Shown one piece after another: positions 8,343 to 17,843 of a stretch of DNA of 64,000 nucleotides. The notes beneath the pieces are model-generated. The model was not told where the DNA came from. It ran no database searches and was given only the letters and a program-made list of their open reading frames with translations. How positions within the stretch are numbered: the first letter of the stretch is position 1; every line of letters starts with the position of its first letter. Made by a program: the position numbers and the translations under genes. Source of the DNA: an uncultured delta proteobacterium (GTDB taxonomy: Bacteria; Desulfobacterota; Binatia; Binatales; Binataceae); contig CAVXXK010000014.1 of assembly GCA_963765675.1 (NCBI GenBank), positions 96,001 to 160,000 of the forward strand, written 5' to 3'.

Positions 8343-10127
8343 TTATTGTCTCGGCGGCATTTCAGGCAACCGACTATTGCCCATCCGGCTCTTTGCCATT
8401 GCCGATCGATTTTCGAGCAGTTTCTTTTCGCGTTTGGCCTCGACCGCCGTCGCTTTCTTCATCTCTGCCGCATCGGCTTCGAATTCCGCCCGGATGGCTT
8501 CGATCCGCGCCTCCATGACTTTGCGTTTGCGTTCGAGCTGCGCAACTTTGAGCTCGTTTTCGTCGGCCAGTTGAATCGAAGCATCGCGTTCCTGTTCTTC
8601 GAGCGCCACACGGGCGGAGCCGGTGAGCATCCCCGCGGGTCCGAGGTAAACATCGATCAGTTTGATTCCCTCGGAGGTCAATAAAAATTCCCGAATCTGA
8701 TTGGAGTGATTCATGCCGCGTGACTTAAGTACGTAAAGTCCGCGGTTACGCTCTCCTGAATTCTCGATATCGCGCGCCAGCATCCAGGTGTCGATGAGAG
8801 ACGAAATGCCGAGATCGGTGGCTTCCAGGACTCCGCCGTTTTCGGTGAGCACGGTGAAAAACCCGGTTATGCCCGCGCCCTTTAGGAAGTCGATCAGCAG
8901 CGTGAGCATCGCGTTCACTTCGCGTGGATTTCCGGCCGCGATCAGGTTGGAAATCGGATCGACGATCACCACACTCGGGTGGAACTGGCTGATCTCTTTG
9001 TGCATCGAAACCAGATGCATTTCCAGGCCGTAGAGGAATGGACGCTGAGCCGCGATTCGGAGAAGTCCGCTGTCGAGGTGAGGTTGCAGGTCCACGCCGA
9101 CCGACCTCATGTTGCGGACTATCTGGTTCGCTGATTCCTCGAAGGCAAAGTAGAGGGCACGCTCGCCGCTTTCGCAAACTGAACGTGCCAGAGCCGCGGC
9201 GAAGCTGGTTTTTCCCATGCCCGCGGTTCCCGACATCAACACGCTGCTGCCCCGATAGAACCCTCCAATACCCAGCATCGCATCGAGATCGGGGACGCCA
9301 CTGGATACGACCTCGTTCGAGATCGTGTGCTGCAACGCCATCGAGGTAACCGGCAGGACCGAGAATCCTTGCTCGTCGATGATAAACGGATACTCGTTGG
9401 TTCCGTGGCTGCTACCGCGATACTTCACGATCCGGATGCGGCGGGTGGTGATCTGATCGGTGACGCGATGGTCGAGCAGGATCACGCAGTCGGCGACATA
9501 TTCCTCGAGGCCGAAGCGCGTGAGCGAGTTCTCGCCGCGTTCGCCAGTGACGATAGCCGTTACGCCGAACGACTTGAGGAACTGGAACAACCGCCGAATC
9601 TCGGCGCGAAGCAATGTCGTGTTCGAGAATCCGGAGAACAGCGTCTCGATTGTGTCGAGCACCACCCGTTTCGCGCCAATCGACTCGATCGCATACTTGA
9701 GCCGGATGAACAGCCCCTCGAGGTCGTACTCTCCGGTCTCGGCGATTTCATTCGGATCGACGTGGACATGGTCGATTGCGAGCATGCCGTCACGGACGAG
9801 TTCGTCCAGGTCGAAACCAAGTGACGCGCTGTTTACGGTCAGCTCATCCTTGGTCTCCTCGAAGGCGACGAAAACGCCCGGTTCCGAAAATTTCCTCGCT
9901 CCGTTGACCAGAAATTCAACGCCGAGCAGGGTTTTGCCGCATCCCGGACTGCCGCAAATCAAAGTCGCGCGTCCGCGCGGCAGACCGCCGAAAGTTATTT
10001 CGTCAAAACCGGCAATGCCAGTGAGCGCCTTTTCGAGACGCTCGGCAGGCTTGGGCGCAATCTTAATAGCCGGTTTCAGGTTTGCAGACTTCTTGGTCCC
10101 TGCTTTGGAGCGGACACCGGAACGCAT
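8343..10127 (-). CDS. kaiC: Double-domain KaiC (KaiC2-like) with C-terminal coiled-coil extension
   Basis: Two RecA-like domains (GSPGCGKT; GTAGMGKT), FEE catalytic pairs, KYRGSSH, KSRGMNHS, phosphosite region ISSLID, GMLTGSAR, heptad tail. Confidence 0.95.
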   Translation of the reverse strand: MRSGVRSKAGTKKSANLKPAIKIAPKPAERLEKALTGIAGFDEITFGGLPRGRATLICGSPGCGKTLLGVEFLVNGARKFSEPGVFVAFEETKDELTVNSASLGFDLDELVRDGMLAIDHVHVDPNEIAETGEYDLEGLFIRLKYAIESIGAKRVVLDTIETLFSGFSNTTLLRAEIRRLFQFLKSFGVTAIVTGERGENSLTRFGLEEYVADCVILLDHRVTDQITTRRIRIVKYRGSSHGTNEYPFIIDEQGFSVLPVTSMALQHTISNEVVSSGVPDLDAMLGIGGFYRGSSVLMSGTAGMGKTSFAAALARSVCESGERALYFAFEESANQIVRNMRSVGVDLQPHLDSGLLRIAAQRPFLYGLEMHLVSMHKEISQFHPSVVIVDPISNLIAAGNPREVNAMLTLLIDFLKGAGITGFFTVLTENGGVLEATDLGISSLIDTWMLARDIENSGERNRGLYVLKSRGMNHSNQIREFLLTSEGIKLIDVYLGPAGMLTGSARVALEEQERDASIQLADENELKVAQLERKRKVMEARIEAIRAEFEADAAEMKKATAVEAKREKKLLENRSAMAKSRMGNSRLPEMPPRQ

Positions 10128-10395
10128 AGGGCAACTCTCGAATATCGAAATAGATAAGGAAGTGTATTGGATCTGAGCCTATAAACGACTGATATGCAAG
10201 GACTTGGAGCACTTCGGCCAGTTTTTGACGTCACACCTTTTTACACACCTCTGACATGAGCGCGAGACGGGCAATCAAGAAGCGACGGATAGTCGAGCAT
10301 CCGCGCATCCAATCGCCGCCGCGAATTCTGCCAGATTCATTGCAACGAGTCGGTTTGCCATCAGCGCCCAACGAGCGCGAACTTCTCTTCATCTA

Positions 10396-11748
10396 ATGAA
10401 TATCCCCGGTGTCGCCAGATTCACGAAGTCGCTTACCGGCGAAGTCATTCTGCCACAAGAGAGAAAATACGCGAATCTGCGTCGAGTGAACAATCGCGCG
10501 GTCAATGGGCATCCTGCGGTCATCGTTAGATGCGCAAATCGCAAAGACGTCCAACTAGCTATCGGATTTGCGCGCGACAACGGACTGCTCACCGCAGTGC
10601 GAGCCGGCGGCCACAGTTTTGCGGGGCACGGAGTCTGCGACGGGGGACTTGTGATCGATCTGTCGCCGATGAAGCGCATACAGATCGATCCATCGCACGA
10701 GAGAATTAATATCGAGCCCGGAATTGTCGCCGGCGAGCTGGATTGCCTTACGCAATCCTTCCGGATGGCGGTGCCGCTCGGTTCGTGTCCGACAGTTGGC
10801 GTAGCGGGATACTCGCTGGGCGGAGGCGAAAGTTCACTCACGCCAAGGTTCGGCTATGGATGCGATAGCATCGTCAGTCTTGAAGTGGTGACCGCAGATG
10901 GCAAGGCGCTAGTCGCCAACGCTCGCGAAAATCGCGATTTGTTTTGGGCGATGCGCGGCGCCGGTGCAAATTTTGGCGTCGCTACGTCACTCGAATTCCA
11001 GCTTCATCCGATCGAAACGGTTCTATCAGGTAGTCTCAGTTACCCGATTCGGCAGGCGCGAAAGATCCTGCAATTTCTTGACGGATTCGCGCCGACAATC
11101 ACATCCGACCTGTTTCTGATAGCGGCGGTGCTGCCGCACCCCGGCGAACGGATGCTCGATATCAAAGTGGTATGGACCGGCGGGAAAAAGAAGGGAGAGC
11201 GAGTGCTACGCCCGCTCCGCAGATACTTGAAGCCCTTCAAGGATACGATTGCGCCCAAGCCTTATCTCGATGAACAGCGCGGCGGCTATGACGTTCCGGA
11301 GGGAGAGCACTCGAGCCATCGAAGGGGTGGCCATTTCAAACGACTCACCGCAGACGTGATCGAAACGATCGTCGAACAGGCGTCCAACGCGCCCCACGAA
11401 GCGAGCGGGATCACCATTATGCATTGGCACGGGCCGTGGAGCGCCAAGCCTCACGACAATGCTTATGGTTTTCGGCGGACGGGTTTCGAGTACTGGATCC
11501 ATACTTATTGGCAGAAGGCGGGCGAGCGCCAGAAATCGAGCCGCTGGGTCGACGAGTTCTATCGCGCGATGACCCCGCTATCGACCGGTGCGGTGTACGT
11601 GAACGATCTTGAAAACGAAGGCCAAGCCCGAGTCCGCGCTCCCTATGGCGACAAGTACGATCGGCTATCACTGATCAAGCGGAAGTTCGATCCCGACAAC
11701 TTTTTTCGCGTCAATCAAAACATCATTCCCGCGGGCCTGAGTCTCTGA
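10396..11748 (+). CDS. FAD-binding oxidoreductase, berberine-bridge-enzyme/VAO family
   Basis: RAGGHS covalent-FAD motif, CPTVGVAG..LGGG, DLFWAMRGAG.NFGV, YVND, K..FDPDN.F. Confidence 0.92.
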   Translation: MNIPGVARFTKSLTGEVILPQERKYANLRRVNNRAVNGHPAVIVRCANRKDVQLAIGFARDNGLLTAVRAGGHSFAGHGVCDGGLVIDLSPMKRIQIDPSHERINIEPGIVAGELDCLTQSFRMAVPLGSCPTVGVAGYSLGGGESSLTPRFGYGCDSIVSLEVVTADGKALVANARENRDLFWAMRGAGANFGVATSLEFQLHPIETVLSGSLSYPIRQARKILQFLDGFAPTITSDLFLIAAVLPHPGERMLDIKVVWTGGKKKGERVLRPLRRYLKPFKDTIAPKPYLDEQRGGYDVPEGEHSSHRRGGHFKRLTADVIETIVEQASNAPHEASGITIMHWHGPWSAKPHDNAYGFRRTGFEYWIHTYWQKAGERQKSSRWVDEFYRAMTPLSTGAVYVNDLENEGQARVRAPYGDKYDRLSLIKRKFDPDNFFRVNQNIIPAGLSL

Positions 11749-11750
11749 GG

Positions 11751-12677
11751 ATGTCCAGCAAGAAAACAATCGGTCGATCGCCTCACGATCTGATTTACCC
11801 GGACGTATCACTCAAGGAACTGAGTAGTGCGATACAATCATGTCAGGGTTGCGATATTTGGCGCCGCGCAACTCAGGCGGTTTTTGGAGAAGGCGCGACC
11901 GGCGCGGAAGTAATGTTGGTAGGTGAACAACCGGGCAATCGCGAAGACCTTGAGGGTCATCCGTTCGTCGGACCTGCGGGAAAACTGCTCGACCAGGCGC
12001 TGGCCGAGTCGGGAATAGAACGCAAACAGGTGTACATCACCAATATCGTCAAGCATTTCAACTCGACGACGCGCGGAAAGTTCAGGATTCACAAAAAGCC
12101 CAACGCCGAAGAAATCGGCGCGTGTCGGCCATGGATTGAGGCGGAAATTGATCGCATACGTCCGACGGTAATCGTCTGTCTGGGAGCGACCGCCGCGCAG
12201 GCGCTGATCTCGTGCGATTTTCGCGTCACTCGCGGACGCGGCGTGCTGATGAAATCGCCGCTGGCGAAATGGATCGCGGCGACGGTTCATCCTTCGTCGA
12301 TCTTGCGTTCACCGGACGATGAATCGAGGGACTTGGCAATGAAGGAATTCGTCAAGGATCTGAGGAAGAGCGCCCGCCATCTGCCGTCATCAGCCGTGAG
12401 ACCGGACAGAGCGGGCGTGTCGACGTACAGCACGCGTCGGTGCTCTGGCCGAAACGAGGCGGTCCATGCGAACTGGGCGCGCGGGTCGATACTTCGGGAG
12501 CAGCGATGCGAGCTTCTTCTCGAGGATTTTTGTTTTTCTGTCGAGCTCGACGTCGCGCTCCGCTTCGTCCGTGAATTCTTCATCCCCTCCACCGCAGATC
12601 ACGCGCCCATCGACAGTCGCGCGGACGTAAAGATATGGGTCTTTCGCTTCCCAGATGAAGCACTCGCTGGGCCATAG
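11751..12677 (+). CDS. UdgX-family uracil-DNA glycosylase; homology ends near aa 210 and the ORF runs on into the garbled junction
   Basis: CQGC/ACRPW Fe-S ligands, GEQPG..ED.EG.PFVGPAG, KHF, R-loop GKFRIHKKP, TVHPSSILR. Confidence 0.85.
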   Translation: MSSKKTIGRSPHDLIYPDVSLKELSSAIQSCQGCDIWRRATQAVFGEGATGAEVMLVGEQPGNREDLEGHPFVGPAGKLLDQALAESGIERKQVYITNIVKHFNSTTRGKFRIHKKPNAEEIGACRPWIEAEIDRIRPTVIVCLGATAAQALISCDFRVTRGRGVLMKSPLAKWIAATVHPSSILRSPDDESRDLAMKEFVKDLRKSARHLPSSAVRPDRAGVSTYSTRRCSGRNEAVHANWARGSILREQRCELLLEDFCFSVELDVALRFVREFFIPSTADHAPIDSRADVKIWVFRFPDEALAGP

Positions 12678-13490
12678 ATGCTTCGGCTGACGCCTGGTGG
12701 CGATAACCCAGGTCGAAGCGATGCTGTGACCTTGGGTCGGCACGATCTTCGGCAATTCGTAACCGGTACACAGCACGATTTGCCGCGATCGGATGGTGAT
12801 GCCGTCCTTGGTGAGCGCGGTTGCGGATCGTTTGCCGGATTGAATATCCACGACCTCGTGCGGAGCGAACAATCGCGCGCCGAATTTCTCGGCTCCTCTT
12901 AAAATTCCCGCTGCCAAGGCTCGCGGATCGGCGGCGACGTTATCACTGCTAACTATCGCCGCGCTGCGCGACAGGCCGAAGCAGGCGCGGAGCTCACGCC
13001 GATCAAGATATCGGCTGGGCAATCCGATTCGTTCGCGTGCGCGAGATTCTTTGGCAAGTCCTCGCGCATCGAGCAGATCGCCCGCCAGATAGACTGACGG
13101 ATGGAGGCTAATCGAAGCGTGAATCTTCTCGCGGCGGGCCAGATCGTAGAGCGCGTCGAGCGCTCCTTTGGATCTGAGCCATGCGCGTTCCGCAGGCCAC
13201 GCTCCGATCTTGCGCTTGAGGTGAATCAAAGGCGTATCGATCTCAAAAAGAAGCAGCGCGGTGCTCGCAGACGTGGAGCCCATGAGCGGTCCGCGCCGAT
13301 CGATTACGGCGACCTTGTGCCCCTCTCGCGCGAGCGCGTATGCGATGAGCGCGCCGCTGATTCCCGCGCCGACCACCAGGACGTCCGTTTTCAGGTCTCG
13401 GGTGAGCGGCTTGGCCGCAGGTATCCGGCGCGGATAGGCCGTCCACACGGGCGTTCCGGATCGCAGTTCTTTCTTGGTCGTGAGCGCCAC
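12390..13490 (-). pseudogene. FAD-dependent (DAO/PuuB-like) oxidoreductase, 3' end frameshifted and truncated (possibly sequencing error)
   Basis: DVLVVGAGISG, GSTSASTALL..EID, CTGYE, WE..DPYLY.R; C-terminal IDPRAQFAWTAS/FGQST is split across frames and the terminal GxGGNG segment is missing. Confidence 0.75.
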
Positions 13491-13616
13491 TCACGGAGCA
13501 TAACACCACCGGAACGTCAGACCGCGAAAGAAAATATTACATCGGTGGTAGTTATCCCTGCGGCGAATTCTGCGAGGTTGTCCCCGTGAGAAGAGGACAA
13601 ACTCATTCCCAAGAAC

Positions 13617-13632
13617 TGGCACATCGATTGCT
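13617..13632 (+). promoter_or_regulatory. Sigma54 -24/-12 promoter
   Basis: TGGCAC-ATCGA-TTGCT, exact consensus, about 50 bp before ATG 13681. Confidence 0.7.
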
Positions 13633-13867
13633 GGGTCCTTGCACTCATCTCGCGACCTCAAATCAGACGCGATTTCCGCTATGAACCCATCCAAAATTGG
13701 AAACAGTTCGGGCGAACTGATCAGGCGAACTCTGCTGAAGTCAGCAGGGTTACTGGCCAGCGGCTCGGGCGCTGGCGTCCTCGATGCCGGCAAGGGCGTC
13801 AAATATGTCCAGTCAGTCAGCTTAAGGCTCACGTCCTCGCGGCGCTACTCCGGCGATACAGCAGCGC

Positions 13868-14854
13868 ATGGTCGGTTTCATGCTGGCGCACGAGCAATTT
13901 CCGGTTCCAGAGCTCGTACAGCTAGGTGTGGCCGCCGAGCAGGCTGGGTTCGATCTCCTGGCTACCAGCGATCATCTTCAACCCTGGCAGGCAAACGAGC
14001 TTCACGCCGGACAGGCGTGGGTTACGATGAGCGCGCTCGGAGAACGAACCCATCGCGTCTGGATTGGACCGACTGTGACGTGTCCGACGTTTCGCTACAA
14101 CCCGGCGGTCGTCGCCGAGGCGTTTGCCTCGCTAAGCCTGCTCTATCCGGGGCGAATATTCCTGGGTATCGGGTCGGGCGAAGCCCTGAATGAAGAAGCC
14201 GCGATTGGCTCATGGCCGAAATGGCCCGAGCGATCGGAGGGGCTGGTGGAAGCGGCAGAAATCATCCGGAAGCTTTGGACCGGCGAGCAGATCGTTCATG
14301 GCGGCAAGTATTACAACGTCAACGCGAAGCTATACGATCCGCCGGCTGGAAGTGTGCCCCTTTTGATGGCGGCAAATGTGGGTCCGAAAGCGATGTATCG
14401 TTCGGGCCGCTACGGCGATGGGCTCATCACCGATCCTCAAACCTGGAAACAGCACAAATCGGAATTCGAGAACGGAGCCAAAGCGGCAGGCAAGGATCCC
14501 GCACAGATGCCGGTGCTGATCGAACAATTTGTCGTCGTCGGTGATAAAAGAGATGCGGAACGATCAGCGGAGCTCTGGCGGTTTCTGCCCAAAGCCTTCA
14601 AAAGCTACTTCAACATCCGCGATCCGCAAGCGATCGAGGAACGAGCCACCGCTGAACTTTCGCTCGAAGAGGTCTACGGCAGTTGGCCAACAAGCACTAA
14701 TCCCGAAGTCCACGCCAAGGCGCTGATCGAGTTGTTCAACAGCGGCGCCACTATCGTCAACGTCCATTCAGGCCAATCGGATCAAAGACGCGTGATCGAT
14801 TTCTATGGCGAGCAGGTGCTGCCTCGGGTACGCGCTAAACTGAAGGAAGCGTGA
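13868..14854 (+). CDS. TIGR03557/Fgd2(Rv0132c)-like F420-dependent LLM oxidoreductase; true start probably 13681 (Tat leader in another frame)
   Basis: LAHEQF, SDHLQPWQ, VTCPTFRYNPAVVAEAFASL..LYPGRIFLGIGSGEALNE, KLYDPP. Confidence 0.88.
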   Translation: MVGFMLAHEQFPVPELVQLGVAAEQAGFDLLATSDHLQPWQANELHAGQAWVTMSALGERTHRVWIGPTVTCPTFRYNPAVVAEAFASLSLLYPGRIFLGIGSGEALNEEAAIGSWPKWPERSEGLVEAAEIIRKLWTGEQIVHGGKYYNVNAKLYDPPAGSVPLLMAANVGPKAMYRSGRYGDGLITDPQTWKQHKSEFENGAKAAGKDPAQMPVLIEQFVVVGDKRDAERSAELWRFLPKAFKSYFNIRDPQAIEERATAELSLEEVYGSWPTSTNPEVHAKALIELFNSGATIVNVHSGQSDQRRVIDFYGEQVLPRVRAKLKEA

Positions 14855-14855
14855 A

Positions 14856-15611
14856 TTGGCTCGCGCGTATATTGGAACCTCGGGATGGAACTATCGTGAA
14901 TGGCGCGGCGACATTTTTCCTGCCGACCTGCCAGCCAGACAGTGGCTGTCTTTCTATGCGAGCCGTTTCGATTCGGTCGAAGTCAATTATTCGTTCTATC
15001 GGTTGCCCTCAGTAGAGATCTGCGAAGAATGGTATCGGCAGACACCGGGCAACTTTCGCTTTGCGATAAAAGCATCACGCTTCATCACTCACGTAAAGCG
15101 GCTTCGCGACGCGAAAAAACCTTGGAGCGTCTTTCTCGACCGGGTCCGTACCTTGAAGAGGAAGCTTGGGCCTATCTTGTTGCAATTTCCTTCAAACTTC
15201 CGTGCGTCTGAAGATAACCTCGAACGCGTAGATCAATTTCTCGATCTCACGAACCGCGCCAGTTCTCCGCGGCTTGCACTGGAGTTTCGCGATCAGTCGT
15301 GTTTTGGTCCGGCGATGCTCGCGGTTCTTCGCAAGCATCGCGCCGCTCTGGTGATTTCTCAATCCTCGCGATATCCGGCGCCGGAGGCGATCGCGACCGC
15401 TAACTTTGTATATTTCCGATTTCACGGACCCAAGAAGATATTTGCATCATCCTATTCTGATGCGGAACTCCAGAAGTGGGCGAAAGTGATGCGCGGGTAT
15501 CTGGACGCGCGTCGCGATATATATGCGTACTTCAATAACGACTCAGGCGGCCAAGCGCCGCGCAACGCTGCGGTTCTGTCGCGGAATTGTCGTTCGGCAG
15601 TTCGCGCTTAA
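14856..15611 (+). CDS. DUF72 (YecE-like) protein
   Basis: IGTSGWNY..W, VEVNYSFYRLP, KASRFITH.KRL, LLQFP, EFR, YFRFHG, YFNND. Confidence 0.9.
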   Translation: MARAYIGTSGWNYREWRGDIFPADLPARQWLSFYASRFDSVEVNYSFYRLPSVEICEEWYRQTPGNFRFAIKASRFITHVKRLRDAKKPWSVFLDRVRTLKRKLGPILLQFPSNFRASEDNLERVDQFLDLTNRASSPRLALEFRDQSCFGPAMLAVLRKHRAALVISQSSRYPAPEAIATANFVYFRFHGPKKIFASSYSDAELQKWAKVMRGYLDARRDIYAYFNNDSGGQAPRNAAVLSRNCRSAVRA

Positions 15612-15675
15612 TGTAAAAAATCCTGAATTCACTATCTCGTCTGCATGCATAGCGGGCCTTTGAAGGACGCCATCC

Positions 15676-15691
15676 GGGCACATCCATTGCA
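15676..15691 (+). promoter_or_regulatory. Sigma54 -24/-12 promoter
   Basis: GGGCAC-ATCCA-TTGCA, nearly identical to the 13617 site, 35 bp before the small basic ORF. Confidence 0.65.
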
Positions 15692-15725
15692 GGTTTTTGC
15701 TGAACTCCAACAAGGACCGGAAAAA

Positions 15726-15884
15726 ATGGTGACGGAAAAACAACGTGCGGCGGCCCGCAAGAATATCAAGAAGGCAGCGGCGGCGGCCAAAGCGAAGAAA
15801 ACCATTTCGCATTTGCCGCGACGCGTTCGGACCGCGCTCGGAAAGAAGGGCGCGGCGGCCGCGCAAAAGAAGCGTTCGAAATAG
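15726..15884 (+). CDS. Small Lys/Ala-rich basic protein (52 aa)
   Basis: MVTEKQRAAARKNIKKAAAAAKAKKTISHLP..RTALGK; AAGGA RBS. Confidence 0.7.
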   Translation: MVTEKQRAAARKNIKKAAAAAKAKKTISHLPRRVRTALGKKGAAAAQKKRSK

Positions 15885-15927
15885 CTCGCAGCCACCGAAC
15901 GATTATCATTCAGAAGGGTTAAGCAAA

Positions 15928-16374
15928 ATGCCAGAAGAAGAGACGCTGGAGAAAGCGCGCGAAGACAAGGCGGAGGGCAAATCCGCTTCGACGCAAGCTG
16001 GCGAATTCGTGCGCGAAGAGATTCATCATATTCGAGAAGGGAGGCACGGGGCCCGCTCGGCCAAGCAAGCGATCGCGATTGGTTTGTCAAAAGCTCGCCG
16101 CGCCGGGGTGAAACTTCCACCGCCCGAACCCTCAAGGACCAGCGCGGGTACACGCCGGAAAGCCAAGAATGATTCCAAGCAAGGCCGGCATCCGCACAAA
16201 CCCTCGAAGAAGCGTTCACGAGCGACGATGAATGCCCTCAAAAAAGAAGGTCATCGGTCGGCATCGTCCAAGGCATTGTCGCGGCAGACCAAATCGAGCG
16301 AATCAAAACGAACCCAAAAGGAGCGCAGCGAGGCCGCGAAAAAGGCTGCCAAAACCCGAGCTCGGCAACACTGA
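15928..16374 (+). CDS. Basic DUF6496-like putative DNA-binding stress protein
   Basis: STQAGEFVREEI.HIREG.HGARS.KQAIAIGLSKARRAGV plus K/R/S-rich tail. Confidence 0.75.
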   Translation: MPEEETLEKAREDKAEGKSASTQAGEFVREEIHHIREGRHGARSAKQAIAIGLSKARRAGVKLPPPEPSRTSAGTRRKAKNDSKQGRHPHKPSKKRSRATMNALKKEGHRSASSKALSRQTKSSESKRTQKERSEAAKKAAKTRARQH

Positions 16375-16437
16375 CCGCATTTTCAGCTCACGCTCTTTCA
16401 GGATTGTGCCAAGCGCATTTGCGCCGCCTTCGGTTCA

Positions 16438-16923
16438 TCACAGTAGCGCAGCCTGAGAAAAAGCTTCGAGCCATATGCGTCTGTATTCGGGCAGCACCTG
16501 CATGATCGCTTCGGTCGATGGTACGACGCGGCGGAAGCTAATCTCGAACACAGGTTTCCAGTCAAACAACCGTACTTTCGCAAGCCAGATCGAACGGACC
16601 AACACCAACCCCAATTCGGGTCCGCTAAGACACCGCCCGCGGCTGAATCCGAGCAGGCGCGCCTCGTTCACGATCGCACATGCCTCCTCGAGTATCTCGC
16701 GACGCAATGTTTCCTCCCAATTCTCTGCGCCTTCGGGTCGGCCAGCCGGAAAATCCCAAGAGACACCGTCCGGCGAGATCAGAACGACGTCACCGGTATC
16801 GGTCACACAGATGCCCGCCGAGCCGTGCGCGCGGCCGTCCGGCGCAATCGCGCCCACGTGCCAGGAAATGGCCCAGCGCTGTCCGCCGTTTTCGACCTCA
16901 AACTCTTCATCGTCTCGCCGCAC
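16438..16923 (-). CDS. NUDIX hydrolase
   Basis: Nudix box GRPEGAENWEETLRREILEE; GTG start after GAGGTG. Confidence 0.8.
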   Translation of the reverse strand: MRRDDEEFEVENGGQRWAISWHVGAIAPDGRAHGSAGICVTDTGDVVLISPDGVSWDFPAGRPEGAENWEETLRREILEEACAIVNEARLLGFSRGRCLSGPELGLVLVRSIWLAKVRLFDWKPVFEISFRRVVPSTEAIMQVLPEYRRIWLEAFSQAALL

Positions 16924-16976
16924 GAAACACCTCAGGCGACCAATGGATCGAAGCCTGCCGTCAGCCAGAGCGATCG

Positions 16977-17648
16977 TCAACCTCGTGTGTTGACATCGGT
17001 CCATGCGACTCGGACCTTTGCGGCGCCCGTCATAGGATCGCGCGCTTCAGTCCCGCCGGCTGGCTCGAAACCTCCGGCGCGAAGGATCTCTGCCGCCGAC
17101 TCGGCTTCGAGCGCCGGCCGCCCGAGCATGAAAGCGCCGGGTCTGTAGCAGCTTAAGATTAGACGCCCGCCCGGTTTGAGGTATAGACGGGCTAGGCGCT
17201 CGAGCAGCATCGCCCGACTTTCGGGCGGCACCGCATCTGCAAGCGCAGTGACATAGTCAAACCGCATCGACGGCTCGAAGGTCATCACATTGCCGCTCCA
17301 AATACGCGACGCCCAATGAGGAAGCCGCTTTCGTGCCCTGTCCGCAATCCTGTCCGACAGATCGAGTCCGTAGGGTTCGATACGATGCCCATCCTCCGCG
17401 ACCCACGCGGTCAGAGTCTCCATCAACAAGCCATTGGCGCATCCGACGTCGAGCCAAGTGCCGTCACGATCGAATGCCCGGGCGATCACGCGCCGCTTGG
17501 CTTCCCAACTCGTCATGTCGCCGGACGAGCCTGAGCCTCCCAGGACATCGCGGCGTTCATCGGCTGCGACGTACGAGTCCTCGAGCAGGGCGCGGACGCG
17601 CTCGTAGTAGTCGTCAGGATTGGGTCGGTTCGTTTCGAATAATCTCAT
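16977..17648 (-). CDS. Class I SAM-dependent methyltransferase
   Basis: WLDVGCANG, YGLDLS, FDYV, LKPGGRLI. Confidence 0.85.
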   Translation of the reverse strand: MRLFETNRPNPDDYYERVRALLEDSYVAADERRDVLGGSGSSGDMTSWEAKRRVIARAFDRDGTWLDVGCANGLLMETLTAWVAEDGHRIEPYGLDLSDRIADRARKRLPHWASRIWSGNVMTFEPSMRFDYVTALADAVPPESRAMLLERLARLYLKPGGRLILSCYRPGAFMLGRPALEAESAAEILRAGGFEPAGGTEARDPMTGAAKVRVAWTDVNTRG

Positions 17649-17843
17649 CGGATGGGTTCGTTCATTTGGATTCCGCCATCGCGAGCGCAACATCCGCTGC
17701 GCGGGCAATCATGAAGTCGCATTGGGTCGCGGTCCGATGATCGCCGAGTGCGCAGTAATGCTCCACGTCGGGGAATAATCGATCTCCGCTCAACGGATCC
17801 ATCGTATTCCGATCAGATGACCTAGCACCTCGCGGTGGACGAA

